From the NCBI GenBank assembly GCA_943704425.1, contig CALSCP010000858.1, forward strand, positions 1 through 38,180: DNA of 38,180 nt. Reading direction: 5' to 3'. This document shows, piece after piece, positions 33,825 to 38,180 of the stretch. This DNA comes from Ministeria vibrans ATCC 50519 (lineage: Eukaryota > Protista > Filasterea). The notes beneath the pieces are model-generated. The model was not told the DNA's origin, did not search any database, and saw nothing but the letters and a program-made list of their open reading frames with translations. Made by a program: the position numbers and the translations under genes. Every line of letters starts with the position of its first letter. Position 1 is the first letter of the stretch.

Positions 33825-33899
33825 TGGATTGTAATACAATAATTATGATTGAAAATTGAAAGATCAAAACGTCATATTAATTAATTATTCTCGTTTTGG

Positions 33900-35688
33900 A
33901 TGACATCTGGTGCGCCATCGCGCACCAACGAGCATGTTCCAGGCGATCAAGACGACGATGGAGGCTCGGACCTTTTGTTGGATTCGCCACGGATGGTCAA
34001 CAGGGCGAGCGAGAGCACGCGGAATGTGCGGATGACTAGGCTTGCGGGGGCGATCTTTTTCACGGGCTTTGGGTGCCTTGGCTGTGCCTTTCCCTACCTG
34101 CCACTGGTGCTAGAAGCCAACGGGGTGACTCTCGATCAAATTGGCTATGTGATGCTGGCGCGGTCCTTTGGCGGGGCGCTCATCTCGCCAGTAATGGGTG
34201 CTGTTGCAGATGCGGGGCACGGACACCACAAGCAAGTCATGATGCTGTGTCTCGTGCTGTACGCCGCCGCCTTCATTGCTGTTCCCTTCATCCAGCACAT
34301 CAAGGCACTTTTGATTCTTTCGATTCTGTGTGGTTCCTTCTTCTCGTCGCCTTTTCTGGCTCTCGCTGACACCGGGTGAGTGCACACAGCGAGACAGTGA
34401 GAGTGGTCAGTCTCGTTCATAATCTCATCTCCGTTCTTGTAGTGCAATGATGTCGCTTGGAGAAGACCATGGTCTCTACGGTCGACTGCGTTTGTGGGGT
34501 GCCATTGGCTGGGGTTCGTTTGCTTTTCTCTCGGGCGTAATTGGCACGCACTACGGACTCGATGCGAGCTTCTACACCTTCGCCGCAATGAGTGTGGTGT
34601 CGGTGACGGTCGCTTTGCTCTTCCACTTTCCTGAACATCGCCCAAAATCGAAGTCAAACGAGTCCGAAGAGATGGAATCCATTTTGCATGTCGCAGAAGA
34701 CGAAGAAGATGAGGATGAGCATGTGGGCGAAGCGATCGAGTTGCAGACAATGAATGCTAACCCCACACACCAGCAGAGCACACCGAAAAACACGTCTTCT
34801 GACCAAACCGAGCGCATTGCTGCTTCTAGTCCGAGCGTTGCCTCATCAGCATCACACTACGGTCCACTGTGGAGCACACTAAAGCGACGTGAAGTGATTG
34901 TTTTTCTTGTGATGATCATCTTTATTGGCATGGCTGTCGTGGTCATTGAGGCGTTCCTCTTTCTCTACCTTGCAACACTGCCGGATGCATCGCAGACACT
35001 CTTTGGTCTGGTCCTGGTGGCGACGTGCGTCGCCGAAATTCCCGTGTTCTTTTTCAGCGGGCGCATCATTGCGTACCTGGGCCATCGGGGCACGCTCCAG
35101 CTGGTCCTGCTCTGCTTCATCCTGCGCCACGTCTGGTACGCCCTTCTTCCGTCGTTTCCCAACCCTTCCGCATATTACACGCTGGTCGTGGAGCCCTTGC
35201 ATGGCGTCACCTTTGCGCTAATGTATGCCGAGGCAACCGCCTTTGCCTTTCATGCCGCGCCTCCCGGTCACCAGGCGACCCTCCAGGCCATTGTCTCCTG
35301 CTGCTACAATGGCATTGGCTGGGGGTTTGGCTCCCTCTACGCCGGCTTTGTCTTTCAGGTACCCGACTGTTCTTTTTAAAACCTCCTGTATCTGACGCGG
35401 ATTCTTCTGTAGAACTATGGGGGACAGAAACTGTTTATCTCCACGTCACTGGGTCTCACCGCGCTTCTCATGGTGTACTATGCTGTCTGCGAGGTGTTCC
35501 TGCGCGACTCAGAGCGACTTGACAATGCAACGCGATTTGGCGCAGGTGCCACTCCAGTGCGACGGGAATGGCTGCGCTCAGGCTGTGCTCTGCGATTGTG
35601 TTGTTCCAGTAGAAGGAGAAATAATAGCAGCGGCGGTGAGCACAGTGGGACGCGGAGTGTACTGGTGCCATCGGAGGATACGGATTGA
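33900..35688 (+). CDS. Major facilitator superfamily transporter, MFSD6/MFS_1-like
   Basis: FPYLPL; QIG; PVMGAVAD; YGRLRLWGAIGWG; FLFLYL; AEIPVFFFSG; VEPLHGVTFAL; ATLQAI...GIGWGFGS. About 12 hydrophobic segments and two introns. Confidence 0.9.
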
Positions 35689-35842
35689 TTGCCAATTGAG
35701 TTGAATTGTACGTTTAAAATTGTATTATAACAAGGCTTTGTCTGTTGCATTGAGTACAAAAATAAATGACTATGCAAGTCCAACAAACACAATATGCAAC
35801 AAAAGACAAGACGGCATACACAATAACCACGTCTTGGTACTA

Positions 35843-37049
35843 TCACTTTTTCACGTTAGTGTCGAGAATGTCATCGTCCTCCAAATCAAGCGTGTCAATC
35901 ACTGTTGCGCGCGCCAGTTTCTCTCCGTCTAATATCAAGAAGCACTCCGCTTCTTTAGAGCCCAAACCTGTGCTTTTGCAGAACCCGCTGATCAAATCTC
36001 CAACCGTTTTCGTCTTCCGCACACAAAAATAAACATGGGAGAAAATGAGTGCCACAAGAAAAATAGACACAAAGTGTACCTTTGATATATTAAAGCGCGC
36101 TTGAAACCCATCAGAACAGCGCACAAAAAGAGCAATGGAATCGCCGTTGTCAACAGAAGCATCCTAATCACAAGCAATACAGAATCACGATAAGTCGAAA
36201 AAAAAAGTGGAAGAAAAAAATGGGGTAAAACATGATCGGTCTATAAAAAAATAGTACCGAATCGTGAAAGGGAGAGGAAGCAACAGGGAGGAGGGAGATT
36301 CGGGAAGGACCAGCATCGTCAGGAGCGGCATTGGAACCACTGGTGTCGTCAATGTCCATTTGGTGGATGGTATCCAGCTGCGCCTGGTCCATCTGCTCTC
36401 GCTCGGCTGCGGTGGGTTTGCGGATCGTGACTTCTGTGCGTGTACATTGAGGATCGTGTGTCAGTGAGTGAAAATGTGTGTTGATTAAGGGGAAAAGATC
36501 GGTTTGTAGCCATTGAAAGTGAGTGTGATTGTTTTGATGGCGGATAAAAGTGCGATTTGAGTGTTTTTTGTGCCAGTGCGTCACTCTGAGTATATTGATT
36601 GTGAGAAATTTTTGTGGGCATGTGATCAGGTGTGGATTAGTGAATGCCACTCCATGTTGAATGACTCTAGTATTATGGAATACTTTTTTGCGTTGGTTTA
36701 CCGAATGTGAGTGGATTTGAGTGGAATGGACTCATTTTGTTTTCCGTTAAGACTGTTTTGAGTGTTTTCCAAGGAGAAAAGTACTAAATCAACAGAAGGG
36801 TTTGAGAAGTTGCGATGATATTAATTTGACTATTATTAACTATACCAATTTATTCGTCATCTTTGAAGTTTTGAGGAGAGTGAGTCTGATCCAGTTCTCA
36901 GCGACTCCTTCCCGATCCGCAATTTGTTGGGCAATTTCGTTGAACGTATCATTCTACGCACAGGAATAAACACACATTCACAAAACACAAAGACATACAA
37001 ACAAAACACATGCACACACACACACACACAAACATACATAATATATATA

Positions 37050-37091
<42 letters not shown>

Positions 37092-38180
37092 CAGAATAAT
37101 ATTGTTTACAGGAGCCATTGGGATGTCAATAGGGGAATCGTCTTCAAACAGAAACGATGCAATGAGCCGACCAGGAACGGAAGAGGGCGACGCCACAGCG
37201 ATCACATCTTCGTCTTCGTCTTCATCCTCGTGTCTTTGTTGTCTGGCTGATTCTGACTCGTCTGACTCGTCGTCGTCGCTGACGTCGTACGTGTTCTTGC
37301 GCATGCGTTTGGTGCGCAAGCGTGTTTCGTCAAGTGGGTCTGATTCTTTGCGCTTGAGCGTCCGCTTGTCGAGTATTCTTGTGGTGGTTGGCACATCGTC
37401 GTCTGAGTCGTCGCTGATCATGGCTGTGAGCGCACGCAACGTGTCATTAGCTCGTCTAAAGACCCAGGCGTCTAGTGAGTATTCGCGTAATGCGATGGCG
37501 TGTGGCTTACTGTGAGACTGTGCCAGACAGGTCTTGGACGAGGGGCTCTGTCACAGGCACACACTCAGGCACTGGCTCTGGTGCTGCAGTAATCGCTGCC
37601 GTTCGACCACTCGGTGGTTGCGATTTCCTGGGCGCTGGCACCGCGAGTCTGCGGCCCCTCCCTCGCGTAGTGCGCTTGCTGCTGCAGACAGAGAGAGGCG
37701 TTGAGAATGAAAAGTAACCACCGTTTCTCGATGAACCTTCTCAGAGGAATCTGTTGCGGAACAACGACTGCGGCGTGCTCCATGGGAGCCAGTGCAGAGC
37801 CAGTCATGAGGACCTCGTCTTCAGCTGAGCCAACAGAAGTCTGGGAGAGCGGCATGGCGCGGGTTGGCGAAACCGACGACGATGCCGCATACTCTATTCG
37901 GGCTGCTGTCGCCGTTGCGCTCGCAGCGGTACTCTCGCTTGCGCCAAGTGGTATTCTTGACGGCGGAGGCGACGGTGACGGTGAGACTTCGACGGAGGCG
38001 CCTCGTGGGGCGGCGTGGGCGGCAGAAGGCGCAGCGTGTTTGTTGACAAGAACATCATCGTCAATATCATCGACATCTTCGTCGTCGCCAGCAACGTCAA
38101 TGGCCGACACGTTGAACAGGTCCTGGATGGGCTTCTTTGCCTTGGAGTAATTGAACAGACGAGACATACACAAAAAGAAA
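35843..38180 (-). CDS. Rad60/Esc2/NIP45 (NFATC2IP)-like protein with C-terminal SUMO-like domain(s); 5' end outside window
   Basis: Long low-complexity acidic N-terminal part; last exon TVGDLISGFC...LILDGEKL...TLDLEDDDILD resembles the Rad60 SUMO-like domain and lacks a C-terminal GG. A first ubiquitin-like segment spans about 36430-37180. Confidence 0.65.
37010..37090. repeat. (CA)n/(TA)n intronic microsatellite
   Basis: Seen directly. Confidence 0.88.

Noticed and set aside
1-38180. Minor (U12/AT-AC) introns or introner elements
   Set aside because: All introns I resolved are GT-AG without the RTATCCTT donor, and they share no sequence apart from microsatellites.

Overview
Compact, intron-rich eukaryotic DNA with short GT-AG introns, many filled with CA/CT/AAT microsatellites, and three 10-N assembly gaps. 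The gene content (USP35/38, FNBP4, UBXN6, GNL1, LMAN2, FAAH-like) is most consistent with a unicellular holozoan or other opisthokont protist; this is inference. About 20 protein-coding genes lie mostly in alternating orientation: CDK9/12-family kinase (partial), AP-3 mu, triple-FKBP+TPR immunophilin, GNL1, a possible GNAT, CNNM, USP35/38, FAAH, an SBDS-family protein, TMEM199/Vma12, an SR protein, ribokinase, LMAN2, FNBP4, an orphan tail-anchored protein, UBXN6, NAXD, MOSC/mARC, an MFSD6-like transporter and a Rad60/Esc2/NIP45-like protein (partial). There is also a probable F-box pseudogene. I found no transposon, CRISPR array, rRNA or convincing tRNA, and no clear-cut new multi-gene system. 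The best leads are regulatory or evolutionary: an SR gene with two zinc knuckles and a candidate poison exon, a recurrent TTTGAYTTTTCA element upstream of start codons, a structured GC-rich intron in LMAN2, a tRNA-like hairpin, an archaeal-like SBDS, and a duplicated convergent 3' intergenic region. All identifications come from manual splicing and remembered motifs; no database searches were run.
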